Shown here one piece after another: positions 18,625 to 31,478 of a stretch of DNA of 64,000 nucleotides. Location: IMG/VR virus record IMGVR_UViG_3300032435_000001. One strand, written 5' to 3'. Position 1 is the first letter of the stretch. Every line of letters starts with the position of its first letter. The DNA comes from a virus. A program made the position numbers and the translations under genes. A model generated the notes under the pieces. The model was not told the DNA's origin and ran no database searches. It saw only the letters and a list, made by a program, of their open reading frames with translations.

Positions 18625-21027
18625 ATGTCTAGAGTAGAAAAAGATAATCTAGGTTTTTTAGGTGAGGACTATCAGTTAAGGCTGATAGCTCAACTAATAA
18701 CTGATAAAAAATTCGCTAACGATATATTAGACATTATAGATGTTAACTTTTTTGGTGATGAATACCTAAAACTAATAGCTGTTGAGATTAAAAATGCTTA
18801 TAATACTCATCAAGTTATACCAGACTTTGAAAGTTTAGAGTTTAGATTGAAAGAAAGATTAAGTAATACAATACAGAGAGACTTCGCAATAGGTCAGTTA
18901 AATAAAATCAAAGATGTTAACTATAATGATAGCTTCAAGGTTCAAGAAATAGCTATGAAATTCTGTAAGCAGCAAGCTTTGAAAAAATCTGTTTCTGAAA
19001 TAAACGTAATACTAGAAAGAGGTGATTATGAGGAGTATGATGAGTGTGAGGTTATACTAAAGAAAGCACTTTCAGTTGGGGAAAATAAAGATTTTAGTAT
19101 TCAATTAGATAATGATATTGATGGCGTTCTAGCTGACGACTTTAGAAACCCAATAGCGACTGGTATTAAAGGTTTTGATGAATACATGAATGGTGGTTTA
19201 GCTAAAACTGAACTAGGGATTATATTAGCTCCTTTTGGTGTTGGTAAAGCTTTACCTAATTCAAATAAAATTTACACACCAGAAGGGTTTAAGTTAATGG
19301 GGTCTATTAATGTTGGTGATAAAGTATTTGGTAGAAATGGTAAGGAGACAAATGTTATTGGTGTCTACCCACAAGGTATTCGACCAATATTCAAAATTAC
19401 TTTTAATGATACTACCAGTACTTTTTGTGATGAGGAACATTTATGGGCGGTCAATTCTAATGACCAACGTAATCACTCATCTTGTAAAGTTGATAACTCA
19501 TTTAAAGTAGTTAAAACTTCTGAACTAATCAATAATTTAACTTTCGGGACTGGAAAAGATTTGAATTTTAAAATCCCAATGGTTGAACCAATTGAGTTTA
19601 ACGAACAAGAATTACCAATTGACCCATATGTTTTAGGTGTAATGCTACGTGATGGTAATATGAAGTCGTCTACGTTTACTAGTAAGGATTTAGAAGTTGT
19701 TAATGAGGTTAGTAGGTTAATGTGTGGTGTTATATCCATAAAGGAAAAATGTTTAGATATTGATAAAGATGATGTCTTAGTTAAAGAATGTTTATCTCAT
19801 GTTTCTATTCATGGTATTACCGATAAATTAAAATCGTTAAGTTTATATAATAAAAAATCTAATAATAAATTCATACCTATTAGTTATCTTCATAATTCAA
19901 AAACTAATAGGTTAGAAATACTTAGAGGTTTGTTAGATGCTGATGGTAATGTGAATAAAAATGGTAGTATCGAGTACGTTAGCGTTTCAAAAAAATTAAT
20001 TGATGATGTTAAATGGTTAGTATTATCTTTAGGTGGTTTTTGTGAATTATCTATCGGAACACCTAACTACAGTTACGATGGTGTTAAGAAGGTTGGTTGG
20101 GAAGCTTATGTATTAATCATATCATTCCCAAGTGAAAATAAAATAAAACCATTTAAATTAGCTAGAAAAAATGAACTTCTCATTACTGGGGGTATTTATA
20201 ATAGCGGTAAATTTATCAAATCGATTGAATATTCACATAAAGAAGAAGCCACTTGTATAATGGTTGATAATGTGGAACAACTATTCGTTACTGACGATTT
20301 TATTGTTACACATAACACAACTATGATTACCAAGATAGCTAACAGTGCTCTAAATCAAGGTTTTAACGTTTTACAAATATTTTTTGAAGATAATGAGAAG
20401 GTCATACAACGTAAACACTACGCTTGTTGGACCAATATAGAGTTAAATGAGTTATCTAATCATAAAGAATTAGTAAAGAAAACCGTTATTAGTAATTTAG
20501 AAGCTGGTGGTGAACTTAGGTTGTTAAAAATGAATAGTGATAATATCACGATAGCTAAGATAAAACTAATGGTTAGGAAATTAATAGCTAACGGTTTTAG
20601 ACCAGACATGATTTTAATTGACTATATCGACTGTGTTGAACCATCAAGAAAAGTAGATGATACTAATGTTGGTGAAGGTAGAGTAATGAGAGAATTTGAA
20701 ACCATGTTAAATGAGTTTGATATGGCTGGATGGACAGCAGTACAAGGTAATCGTTGTGTTGCACTTGACACTAAGGTGGATATTGAGGGTAAAGGTACTA
20801 TTGAGATAAAAGATGTGGTGTTAAATGATAAAATTTTAACTAAAGATGGTTACAAAATGGTATCACATATTTTCCCAATTCAAAAGCAACCAGTGTATAA
20901 GATAAAATTAAAATCTGGTAAGGAAATTAAAGTGAGTAAAAAACATTTCTTCCCAACATCAGATGGGGTTTTGAGTTCAATTGAAAGTGGTTTAAGTATT
21001 GGTGTTAAGTTACTAATTAAAAAATAA
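18625..21027 (+). CDS. dnaB: Replicative helicase DnaB/gp41, N-terminal fragment; contains a cis intein and ends in a split-intein N-fragment
   Basis: IATG..GFD..MNGGL, Walker A APFGVGK|TT interrupted, IDYID, WTAVQGNR followed by an intein Cys1. Confidence 0.92.
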   Translation: MSRVEKDNLGFLGEDYQLRLIAQLITDKKFANDILDIIDVNFFGDEYLKLIAVEIKNAYNTHQVIPDFESLEFRLKERLSNTIQRDFAIGQLNKIKDVNYNDSFKVQEIAMKFCKQQALKKSVSEINVILERGDYEEYDECEVILKKALSVGENKDFSIQLDNDIDGVLADDFRNPIATGIKGFDEYMNGGLAKTELGIILAPFGVGKALPNSNKIYTPEGFKLMGSINVGDKVFGRNGKETNVIGVYPQGIRPIFKITFNDTTSTFCDEEHLWAVNSNDQRNHSSCKVDNSFKVVKTSELINNLTFGTGKDLNFKIPMVEPIEFNEQELPIDPYVLGVMLRDGNMKSSTFTSKDLEVVNEVSRLMCGVISIKEKCLDIDKDDVLVKECLSHVSIHGITDKLKSLSLYNKKSNNKFIPISYLHNSKTNRLEILRGLLDADGNVNKNGSIEYVSVSKKLIDDVKWLVLSLGGFCELSIGTPNYSYDGVKKVGWEAYVLIISFPSENKIKPFKLARKNELLITGGIYNSGKFIKSIEYSHKEEATCIMVDNVEQLFVTDDFIVTHNTTMITKIANSALNQGFNVLQIFFEDNEKVIQRKHYACWTNIELNELSNHKELVKKTVISNLEAGGELRLLKMNSDNITIAKIKLMVRKLIANGFRPDMILIDYIDCVEPSRKVDDTNVGEGRVMREFETMLNEFDMAGWTAVQGNRCVALDTKVDIEGKGTIEIKDVVLNDKILTKDGYKMVSHIFPIQKQPVYKIKLKSGKEIKVSKKHFFPTSDGVLSSIESGLSIGVKLLIKK
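19249..20316 (+). mobile_element. Class 3 intein (356 aa, Ala1) with LAGLIDADG domain, inserted in the DnaB P-loop
   Basis: GK|ALPNS...HLW...CIMVD...VTHN|T; W-C-T triplet; LGVMLRDG and LRGLLDADG blocks. Confidence 0.9.
20755..21024 (+). mobile_element. Split intein N-fragment (90 aa) of DnaB
   Basis: QGNR|CVALDTKV...SKKHFFPT (block B His)...stop; no C-terminal HN in this ORF. Confidence 0.9.
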
Positions 21028-21073
21028 TTTAATAATGTTTTAAAATGGTTAATAATAAAGGGTTAGAGTATGT

Positions 21074-21538
21074 ATGGAAGAACATAAATTAAATTTAGAA
21101 GATTTTGATTTAGATGAGATTGAAAGTATTGAGTTAATTGGTTATGAAGACACTATCGATATAACAGTAGATGATACACATATGTTTTACGCTAATGATA
21201 TTTATACGCATAATAGTTCAATTAAAGCTGAGGTTGTTGAGTCAGACCAAATGGGTGGTTCGATTAAGAAAGCGCAAATTGGGCATTTCATAGTTTCAGT
21301 TGCTAGAAGTAATGAGCAAAAAGATAGTGGTCACGCTAATTTAGCAATACTTAAATCTAGATTTGGTAAGGATGGTATTGTGTTGAGTGATTGCATTTTT
21401 GATAATTCAAGAGTTCAAATTGAGATTGTTGAGCAAGAATCTAAAACGTTCTTACAAAATACTTTTGATAAAAATTCTAGGGATTTAGATAGGGTTAAGT
21501 TGATTATGGATGCTAGTAAGAAAATTAAAGAAAGTTAA
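21074..21538 (+). CDS. dnaB: DnaB C-terminal fragment preceded by a 47-aa split-intein C-fragment (21074-21214)
   Basis: [21 protein letters not shown]|SSIK followed by helicase motifs MGGSIKKAQ and ILKSRFG. Confidence 0.92.
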   Translation: MEEHKLNLEDFDLDEIESIELIGYEDTIDITVDDTHMFYANDIYTHNSSIKAEVVESDQMGGSIKKAQIGHFIVSVARSNEQKDSGHANLAILKSRFGKDGIVLSDCIFDNSRVQIEIVEQESKTFLQNTFDKNSRDLDRVKLIMDASKKIKES

Positions 21539-21555
21539 AAAAAAAAGAAAAAAAA

Positions 21556-22545
21556 ATGAGTGAGTTAAAAAAAGAACCGATTCTAACTGAAAATCAAAAT
21601 AGATTCGTTTTATTCCCAATTGAACATGATGACATTTGGAAACTTTATAAACAACAGCAAGCTAGTATTTGGACTGCTGAGGAGATTGATTTACAACAAG
21701 ACCTAAGGGATTGGAGTGAAAAGTTAAATGATAATGAGAAACATTTCATTAAACATATTTTAGCGTTCTTCGCAGCATCTGATGGTATAGTAAATGAAAA
21801 TTTAGCTGAAAACTTCCTTAGTGAGGTACAATACACGGAAGCTAAGTTCTTTTATGGTTTCCAAATTATGATGGAGAACATACACAGTGAAACATATTCA
21901 TTACTTATCGATACATACGTTAAAGAAGAGGCTGAGAGACATAAACTATTCAATGCGATAGAAACACTAAGTTGTGTTAAGAAAAAGGCTGATTGGGCTT
22001 TAAAATGGATTGAATCGGATTCTTTTGCTGAAAGATTGATTGCCTTTGCTGTTGTGGAGGGTATTTTCTTTTCAGGTGCTTTTTGTTCAATTTATTGGTT
22101 AAAGAAACGTGGTTTAATGCCAGGCCTAACATTCTCCAATGAGTTAATTTCTCGTGATGAGGGTATGCATACTGATTTTGCGGTTCATTTACATAATCAT
22201 CATGTGGTTAATAAGGTTCCAAAGGAAAGGATTATTGAAATAGTTAGAGATGCTGTTGAAATTGAAAAAGAGTTCATATTAGATGCATTACCAGTAAAGT
22301 TAATTGGTATGAATTCAGATATGATGTCACAATATATTGAATTTGTTAGTGATAGGTTATTAGTTTCATTAAATTGCGGTAAGGAATTCAACGTTACTAA
22401 CCCATTTCCATTTATGGATATGATTAACCTACCAGGGAAAACCAACTTCTTCGAGAAGAGAGTTGGCGAATACCAAAAAGCTGGTGTAACCAACACTGAT
22501 TCTAGTAAGTCTATCACTTTTGACAGTGAAGATGGTGATTTTTAA
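21556..22545 (+). CDS. nrdB: Ribonucleotide reductase class Ia beta subunit
   Basis: [49 protein letters not shown]. Confidence 0.97.
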   Translation: MSELKKEPILTENQNRFVLFPIEHDDIWKLYKQQQASIWTAEEIDLQQDLRDWSEKLNDNEKHFIKHILAFFAASDGIVNENLAENFLSEVQYTEAKFFYGFQIMMENIHSETYSLLIDTYVKEEAERHKLFNAIETLSCVKKKADWALKWIESDSFAERLIAFAVVEGIFFSGAFCSIYWLKKRGLMPGLTFSNELISRDEGMHTDFAVHLHNHHVVNKVPKERIIEIVRDAVEIEKEFILDALPVKLIGMNSDMMSQYIEFVSDRLLVSLNCGKEFNVTNPFPFMDMINLPGKTNFFEKRVGEYQKAGVTNTDSSKSITFDSEDGDF

Positions 22546-22564
22546 CATAATATTAGATTAAATT

Positions 22565-22598
22565 ATGTGGTTAGGGTGAATATTCACCCTAACCACAT
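22565..22598. repeat. Perfect 34-bp palindrome between nrdB and nrdA
   Basis: atgtggttagggtgaat|attcaccctaaccacat; no U-tract. Confidence 0.85.
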
Positions 22599-22635
22599 TA
22601 ATTATAAGTAGATAATTATATAAATAAAAAAAAAT

Positions 22636-25002
22636 ATGAAAGTAGTAAAAAGAGATGGTATTACTAAAGAAGATGTGAACTTCAATAAAATTAGTACCAG
22701 AATTAAAAAATTATGTTATGGTTTAGACACATTATATGTTGACCATGATGAAGTCTCAAAAAAAGTTATAGATGGTCTTTATGATGGTGTTACAACTATT
22801 GAGTTAGATAGACTTGCATCTGAAACAGCTGGAGCTTTAGTATCCCACCACCCAGATTATTCTTTACTAGCTTCTAGAATTGAGATAACCGCATTACATA
22901 AAAGCACTGAGAAATTTTTCAGTAAGACAATTGAAAAATTATATTCCTATATAAATGATAAAAATGGTAAACATTCACCATTAATTAGTGATGAGTTATA
23001 TGAGGTTGTTAAGAAAAATACTAAAGTTTTAAATTCTGCGATTATAAACGATAGGGATTTTAGTTATGATTATTTTGGTTTTAAAACTTTAGAGAAGTCA
23101 TACCTTTTAAAAATAGATGGGAAAGTAGTTGAAAGACCACAACACATGTTAATGCGTGTTTCTTTAGGTATTCATGGTGGTGATGTTGAATCAGCGATAG
23201 AAACGTATAACTTAATGAGTGAGAAGTATTTTACACACGCAACACCTACATTGTTTAACGCTGGAACACCAAAACCTCAAATGTCATCTTGTTTCTTATT
23301 AACGATGAAAAATGATAGTATTGAAGGTATTTATGATACTTTAAAACAAACAGCTTTGATTTCACAATCTGCTGGGGGTATTGGTTTAGCAATACATAAC
23401 ATAAGAGCTACAGGTTCTTACATTGCTGGGACTAATGGGGTTTCAAACGGTCTAACACCTATGTTACGTGTGTTTAACAATACTGCTCGTTACGTTGACC
23501 AAGGTGGTGGTAAAAGAAAAGGTAGTTTCGCCATTTATATAGAACCCTGGCATGCTGATATCTTAAGTTTCTTAGATTTAAAAAAGAATCATGGTGTTGA
23601 AGATATGAGAGCTAGGGATTTATTCTACGCAATGTGGACCCCAGATTTATTCATGAAACGTGTTCAAGAGGATGGTGATTGGACTTTAATGTGTCCAAAC
23701 GAATGTCCAGGTCTTGCCGATGTTTACGGTGATGATTTTGAGGCTTTATATAAATCTTACGAAGAAGCTGGTAAAGGTAAAAGAACTGTGAAAGCTAAAG
23801 AAGTTTGGTTAAAAATTCTTGAATCTCAAATTGAAACAGGTACACCATATATGTTATATAAGGATGCTGCAAATAAAAAATCTAATCAGAATAATTTAGG
23901 TACGATTCGTTCTTCAAATTTGTGTACTGAAATTATTGAATACACTTCACCAGATGAGGTTGCTGTTTGTAATTTAGCATCAGTAGCTTTACCTAAATTT
24001 GTTGAGGTTAAGGATAGGAAAGCTAAAAAACTTGAATATGTGTTCAACCATAAGAAATTACATCAGGTTGTTAAGCTTATAACTATAAATCTAAATAAGG
24101 TTATAGATAGGAATTATTACCCAGTTATTGAGGCTGAGTATTCAAATAAAAAACATAGACCAATTGGGTTGGGTGTTCAAGGGTTAGCTGATGCGTTTCA
24201 AATAATGGGGATTCCTTTCACATCTAAGGAAGCTAAAGTTTTAAATGCTGCTATTTTTGAGACTATGTATCACGCAGCCATGGAATCTTCCATGGAATTA
24301 GCTAAGGTAGATGGTCCTTATGAGACATTTGTTGGGTCAATGACTAGTAAGGGTACTTTCCAATTTGATTTATGGGATGAACCTATTTTTAGTGGTATGT
24401 ACGATTGGGATAAGTTAAAGAAAGAGGTTGTTGAGAATGGTATCCGTAACTCACTTTTAATGGCCCCTATGCCGACTGCTAGTACTTCTCAAATACTAGG
24501 GAATAACGAAGCATTCGAACCTTATACTACGAATATTTACACTAGACGTGTGTTATCAGGTGAATTTATTTGTGTAAATAAACATTTAATTTTGACATTA
24601 ATAAATTTAGGTTTATGGGATGACGAAATGAGAGATAGGTTAATGATTAGTAATGGGTCGATAGCTAATTTTACTGACATCCCTGAAAATGTTAGAGATA
24701 TTTATAAAACTGTTTGGGAAATTTCACAACGTGATGTTATAGATTTATCAGCAGATAGAGGTGCGTTCATTTGTCAATCTCAATCTATGAATATATTTAT
24801 GGATAACCCAAATTTCCAAAAATTAACCAACATGCATTTCCATGGTTGGAAGAAGGGTTTAAAGACTGGTATGTATTACCTTAGAAATAAACCAGCTGTT
24901 GAAGCTATTAAATTCACTATCGACAAGACGAAATACGTCAAAGAGGATAAAGAGTTTTCAGCTGAAAATTCGGAATTTGATTGTGATAATTGTGGTTCAT
25001 AA
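22636..25002 (+). CDS. nrdA: Ribonucleotide reductase class Ia alpha subunit with ATP cone
   Basis: VVKRDG ATP cone, SSCFL, SNLCTEI, PMPTAS, KTGMYY, C-terminal CDNCGS. Confidence 0.97.
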   Translation: MKVVKRDGITKEDVNFNKISTRIKKLCYGLDTLYVDHDEVSKKVIDGLYDGVTTIELDRLASETAGALVSHHPDYSLLASRIEITALHKSTEKFFSKTIEKLYSYINDKNGKHSPLISDELYEVVKKNTKVLNSAIINDRDFSYDYFGFKTLEKSYLLKIDGKVVERPQHMLMRVSLGIHGGDVESAIETYNLMSEKYFTHATPTLFNAGTPKPQMSSCFLLTMKNDSIEGIYDTLKQTALISQSAGGIGLAIHNIRATGSYIAGTNGVSNGLTPMLRVFNNTARYVDQGGGKRKGSFAIYIEPWHADILSFLDLKKNHGVEDMRARDLFYAMWTPDLFMKRVQEDGDWTLMCPNECPGLADVYGDDFEALYKSYEEAGKGKRTVKAKEVWLKILESQIETGTPYMLYKDAANKKSNQNNLGTIRSSNLCTEIIEYTSPDEVAVCNLASVALPKFVEVKDRKAKKLEYVFNHKKLHQVVKLITINLNKVIDRNYYPVIEAEYSNKKHRPIGLGVQGLADAFQIMGIPFTSKEAKVLNAAIFETMYHAAMESSMELAKVDGPYETFVGSMTSKGTFQFDLWDEPIFSGMYDWDKLKKEVVENGIRNSLLMAPMPTASTSQILGNNEAFEPYTTNIYTRRVLSGEFICVNKHLILTLINLGLWDDEMRDRLMISNGSIANFTDIPENVRDIYKTVWEISQRDVIDLSADRGAFICQSQSMNIFMDNPNFQKLTNMHFHGWKKGLKTGMYYLRNKPAVEAIKFTIDKTKYVKEDKEFSAENSEFDCDNCGS

Positions 25003-25033
25003 AAAAAAGGGGTTTTAAACCCCTTTTTTTTAT
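24999..25033. terminator. Bidirectional intrinsic terminator after nrdA
   Basis: aaaaaaaaggggttt-t-aaacccctttttttt. Confidence 0.85.
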
Positions 25034-25084
25034 GCTTATAATTTAAATTTTAATTATATTATGTATATTTATCATAAAAGATAT

Positions 25085-25468
25085 ATGTCGTTACAAACTA
25101 TTAACATTGACTTCCCATTTAGAGATAGTATAAATGGTGATTTTATTAAATTAAATGATAATGATGCTGATGCTATAAAGGCTGATTTGATGCACCTATT
25201 ATTAACTAATAAAGGTGAGAGGTTATACCTACCAGATTTTGGCACTAATTTAAGGAAATTCATTTTTGAACCAAATGATAGTTTAACTTTCTCAGACGTA
25301 AAAGCTGAGATTAACGAGACTGTTAATAAATATATACCAAAATTAAAAATCACTACAATATCGGTTGAGGAATCAAATGAGGCTGAGTACACAACAATAG
25401 TTAAGTTGGATTATGTGGTTAGTGATGATATATTTGAGGTTAGGGATTCTATAACTATAGAATTGTAA
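25085..25468 (+). CDS. Baseplate wedge protein, T4 gp25-like (start moved to ATG 25085)
   Basis: LLLTNKGERLYLPDFGTNL..FIFEP signature; TATTTAT at 25066. Confidence 0.9.
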   Translation: MSLQTINIDFPFRDSINGDFIKLNDNDADAIKADLMHLLLTNKGERLYLPDFGTNLRKFIFEPNDSLTFSDVKAEINETVNKYIPKLKITTISVEESNEAEYTTIVKLDYVVSDDIFEVRDSITIEL

Positions 25469-25555
25469 CCATATTATGTATCTGTTTACATTTTAAATAA
25501 AAGATAAATATTTACAAATAAATAAAATCTTTTATATTTATTAATAAAAATGTAA

Positions 25556-27394
<1,839 letters not shown>

Positions 27395-27400
27395 AAAGTT

Positions 27401-27730
27401 ATGAGTTGTTGTAAAAGTAATGTGGATTCACCATTGGATGGTGAAAAAGAAAGTATATTAAGTAGAGTTATTGTTTTTATTGTTACCTTATTTTTGCTAA
27501 CTATATTAACACCATTTTTTTGGTTAATTGGGGTCTATTTTATATTTAATAGTTTTATTCTTAATAAGAATAACACCATCATACCTTCCATGATTTTTTT
27601 ATATAAAATTATTAATAAAAATAAAGATAAAGAAAATTTAAATGATGATAATGAAATTGAGGATATTGATATTGACAATGTAGATAACTACGAGTTAATG
27701 GATTATCAAATGGTTGATGACGATGAGTAA
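27401..27730 (+). CDS. Small membrane protein with acidic tail
   Basis: Long hydrophobic segment VIVFIVTLFLLTILTPFFWLIGVYFIF. Confidence 0.65.
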   Translation: MSCCKSNVDSPLDGEKESILSRVIVFIVTLFLLTILTPFFWLIGVYFIFNSFILNKNNTIIPSMIFLYKIINKNKDKENLNDDNEIEDIDIDNVDNYELMDYQMVDDDE

Positions 27731-30700
27731 TATTAGGATAAAAACGGATGTAGGTGTTGATAAATATCTAAAGGTTAATTTGGAACAAGATTTCGATTTT
27801 CTTGAGATATTATCATTAAAGTTATCCCAAGAAGATGTTTATAGGCGTTTTAACTCTGATTACGGTGTTGTAGTTGGTAGAGTTATCGTAAACAATGGTT
27901 TGGGTGTACCTAACGCTAAAGTATCCTTATTTATACCTTTAAATGATTCTGACTCGGAAGAGGTTAAAAGTTTATATCCATTTAACACGGCTAATGATGA
28001 AGATTTTGATGGTGTTAGGTATAATCTTCTACCAAAAGACTATCAAGGTGATTGTCACACACCAGTAGGTACGTTCCCAAAAAAGAGAGAGGTACTTGAT
28101 AATAATATTATTTTTGAGGTGTATGACAAGTACTATAAATTCACGACAACAACTAATAACGCTGGTGATTTTATGTTATTTGGTGTACCAGTTGGTAATC
28201 ACATTATAAATATTGATGTTGATTTATCGGATATTGGTCAATTCTCACAAAAACCTTATGATTTTATCGAACAAGGTAACCCAGAAAATTTATTCAAATC
28301 ATCTACCGTGTTTCTAGGTAGTAAAAATCTAAATTCCCTAACTCAACTTAAAAACCAAAAAGCAGGTGTCAATATAATACCATTTTGGGGTGAAGAGGGT
28401 GAGATTGGTATAACTAGAATTGATATGGATTTAAATTATAATTTAGTACCATCAGCAATATTTGTCGGTAGTATTTTCGGTGATAATGAGAAAAATTCAC
28501 TTAATAAAAATTGTAGACCTAGAAAAGATTTGGGTAAATTATGTGAGACGGTATCCGCTTCGGGTACTATTAATATGATTAGGAAAGATATTGATGGTAA
28601 TACTCAAAAATTTGATGTTTCTGGTGGTAATTTAATTGACGAGTTCGGTGCTTGGGCTTACCAAATACCTATGAACTTAGATTATGTTGTTACCGATGAA
28701 TTTGGTGAACTTATTCCTAGTGAGGACACCAATAAAGGTGTACCAACTAGGGCTAAAGTTAGATTTAAAATCGGTATGGATGATACTGGTGGCGAAGGTA
28801 GAATTAGAAGTAGAGCTAAGTTTTTAGTCCCTCATAACCCAAAAACTGCTGATGATATTGATTATAATTTTAATAGTGACACTAAAAGTAATAACTTTAC
28901 TGATTTATCTTGGAATAAAATATACACAGTTAGAAACCATATAACTAGAATACAATCTGCTTGTTCAGGTGGTTGTGCTGATAACAGAAGAATGATTGGG
29001 GTTAAAGATGTTGATGATTGTGTTGGTAATAAAAACCCATTCCCATTTAATAAGTTAGATGGTGATTTCAACCCATTATTCTTAATAATATGTTTAATAG
29101 TGGGTATTATTTTAATGATTTTAGAGTTAGCAAACAGAGCTTTTAGTCTTATCACTAGAGTTAGGTTGTTTGGGCGTGTTAGGTGTGTAGCTTTAGATTG
29201 TGATGGTGTTAAGTACGCACCAGGTTGTAGCGGTAGTCGTGCAAAACCTGATGGTACTAAAAGTACATCAAAAGATGCTTTAGAAGAGTGTTATAAAATT
29301 CAACTTGCTTCAGCTTTAAATATTTTTGAGTTTGATTTTTATAATGATTGGGTTAACGGTACATTATTTTCATTTTTATTAAAATATAAAAAAAAGAAGA
29401 ATAATGAGAAATTCTGTAGTGTTGATGTAAGTGAGGATAGTTACATTGTTGACACTTTAATTAATGGTAATTTAAAAAACCACGCTAGTGAAAAAATATA
29501 TAAGGGGTTCATTAAAAGTTTTAAGGGTGAATTATTTTACGCCCCATATGATAAGGATAGAGATTACATTTTATACGCAACCGATATAACTTGCTTAGGT
29601 GCTATTAATAAATGTGATTGGGAAGGTAAACCTAGTTTTCACGAATACTTACTACCTACATCATATAAGATACCACCATTAACTAATACAGATGAACCTA
29701 ATGTATCTAAATTGGCTGATAGTAATCCCAATAGAGGCCTGTTATTTACATTTTCATGTACTAAGCTTAATGCTAGTGATAATCAGATGAGTAATATAAG
29801 AAGGTTATGTGAGATTGGTGTTGGTCTAGATGAAGATAGAAATGATGAACCTAATGGTGTTTCTAAAAATAATAGTATTGGTGATGAAGACATTGATAAC
29901 CAATTTGTTAGGGATTGTTTAATTGTCTCAAATTCAAATACTTTATCTTTAACGACTACAGGTTTAAATAGTGGTTTTAATGGTTCACATTATAAAAATT
30001 ATAGAGATTTTGGTAAAAGAACTGTAAAGCAAGCTAGGGGTAATTCGTTCTATATGTATTTTGGTACAGCACCAAATAATAGCGCTATTGATAAGATGAA
30101 CGCTAAATATTTTACTAGTTGTGAACAAGTAGTGGAAGATGAGTTTATAATTGAGGGTGTGATTAGTGATGTAACGTATTTAGGTGGTAATGATGGTAGT
30201 ATAAATATCTCAATAATCGATGGTTTCGAACCATTCACATATCTTTGGAGTAATGGTGAGATTACTGAGGGGGTATCTAATTTAACCGCTGGTGAGTACA
30301 CCGTTAGCGTTACCGATGATAATGGTAGTGTTGTTAAAAAGACGTTTATAGTTAGCCAACCAAAACCAATTAAGGTTGAAATCGTGGTAAATACCACTAG
30401 AACCCCATTAAGTAGTGATGGTACATTAACTTTAAGTTCGATTATTGGTGGTAATGGTAATTATTTTGTAACAATAGTGGGCCCAACAAATAACCCAACT
30501 ACACAAACAGTTAATAACCCAATACCCAATTTCACATTTACTGGGTTGGCGAGTGGTACATATACCTTAACAGTCGTTGATACTAGTAACGTACCTTTGA
30601 CTTATAACAGTGTTTTTGAGATATTAAAACCGCCTAAATTAGAGACCACCATAACATTTACATCGCCAGAATGTTACGCACCTGATTATGATAATGATGC

Positions 30701-31478
30701 CGAAATTAATATTCGAATAAACGGTGGGATACCACCATATTTAGTACAAACTGTTGGACCAACTTTTGTGAATGAAAGCGGTGGTACTGAAACATATTCA
30801 TCAACATTAATGAACCATCTTTCGTTACCTAGTGGCACCTTTTCTATCACTATAACAGATTTATTTGGTCAAGTGGTTACTGGTTCTGGAGCTATAGTAA
30901 TGCCAACAGCTTTAAAAATTAGGTTTTATGAGATTAAGGTAATAACTCTACCATCTCGAATTTCTATTATGTCAAGTAATGCATTAGCTAACTTTTTAAA
31001 TGCTCAAAATTCTGTACATGATTTAAGTAATCAACATATAGATTATTATTTCAGATATAGTTATTTTCCTGGTGGGGTTCTAAGCGGAATGGGACATGCT
31101 TTCCACAAATTCATACCAAATTCGGTTAGTGGGTATGGTGTGTATGGTGGTAATGGGTTAAATTTCGATGAATCTAATTTTGAAACTATAGCAACTAATG
31201 AACAATCAAATTTTATTATAGATAAGAGGAGAATCAGTATTACCTCACCCCGTGCTGGGCAACTTAATGGGTTTGGGGATGGCGAGAAATTTGATGTATT
31301 TAAGGTCGGTTCAAGTGTTAAACTCTATGAGTTTACGATAGGTATTGTATATAATTTTGACACTAATTCTTTCCTACGGGTATATTCATTCCCACCGAAT
31401 GGTCTAACCGCTGGTGATAAAGCATACCTTGTGAGTCATAGGGATGGGTGTGAATCAAATGAAATAACAATTTACTAA
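27723..31478 (+). CDS. Large virion protein with SprB-like repeats and an internal hydrophobic helix
   Basis: NDGSINISIIDGFEPFTYLWSNG..VSNLTAGEYTVSVTD.NG plus two degenerate copies; located in the baseplate block. Confidence 0.65.
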   Translation: MSNIRIKTDVGVDKYLKVNLEQDFDFLEILSLKLSQEDVYRRFNSDYGVVVGRVIVNNGLGVPNAKVSLFIPLNDSDSEEVKSLYPFNTANDEDFDGVRYNLLPKDYQGDCHTPVGTFPKKREVLDNNIIFEVYDKYYKFTTTTNNAGDFMLFGVPVGNHIINIDVDLSDIGQFSQKPYDFIEQGNPENLFKSSTVFLGSKNLNSLTQLKNQKAGVNIIPFWGEEGEIGITRIDMDLNYNLVPSAIFVGSIFGDNEKNSLNKNCRPRKDLGKLCETVSASGTINMIRKDIDGNTQKFDVSGGNLIDEFGAWAYQIPMNLDYVVTDEFGELIPSEDTNKGVPTRAKVRFKIGMDDTGGEGRIRSRAKFLVPHNPKTADDIDYNFNSDTKSNNFTDLSWNKIYTVRNHITRIQSACSGGCADNRRMIGVKDVDDCVGNKNPFPFNKLDGDFNPLFLIICLIVGIILMILELANRAFSLITRVRLFGRVRCVALDCDGVKYAPGCSGSRAKPDGTKSTSKDALEECYKIQLASALNIFEFDFYNDWVNGTLFSFLLKYKKKKNNEKFCSVDVSEDSYIVDTLINGNLKNHASEKIYKGFIKSFKGELFYAPYDKDRDYILYATDITCLGAINKCDWEGKPSFHEYLLPTSYKIPPLTNTDEPNVSKLADSNPNRGLLFTFSCTKLNASDNQMSNIRRLCEIGVGLDEDRNDEPNGVSKNNSIGDEDIDNQFVRDCLIVSNSNTLSLTTTGLNSGFNGSHYKNYRDFGKRTVKQARGNSFYMYFGTAPNNSAIDKMNAKYFTSCEQVVEDEFIIEGVISDVTYLGGNDGSINISIIDGFEPFTYLWSNGEITEGVSNLTAGEYTVSVTDDNGSVVKKTFIVSQPKPIKVEIVVNTTRTPLSSDGTLTLSSIIGGNGNYFVTIVGPTNNPTTQTVNNPIPNFTFTGLASGTYTLTVVDTSNVPLTYNSVFEILKPPKLETTITFTSPECYAPDYDNDAEINIRINGGIPPYLVQTVGPTFVNESGGTETYSSTLMNHLSLPSGTFSITITDLFGQVVTGSGAIVMPTALKIRFYEIKVITLPSRISIMSSNALANFLNAQNSVHDLSNQHIDYYFRYSYFPGGVLSGMGHAFHKFIPNSVSGYGVYGGNGLNFDESNFETIATNEQSNFIIDKRRISITSPRAGQLNGFGDGEKFDVFKVGSSVKLYEFTIGIVYNFDTNSFLRVYSFPPNGLTAGDKAYLVSHRDGCESNEITIY

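Noticed and set aside
21028-21073. DnaB pseudogene, or an intron/homing endonuclease between the halves
   Set aside because: The gap is only 46 nt, and both halves end or begin with intact intein motifs
22636-25002. Intein or intron in nrdA (also checked nrdB, recA and primase)
   Set aside because: Lengths are normal and motifs contiguous
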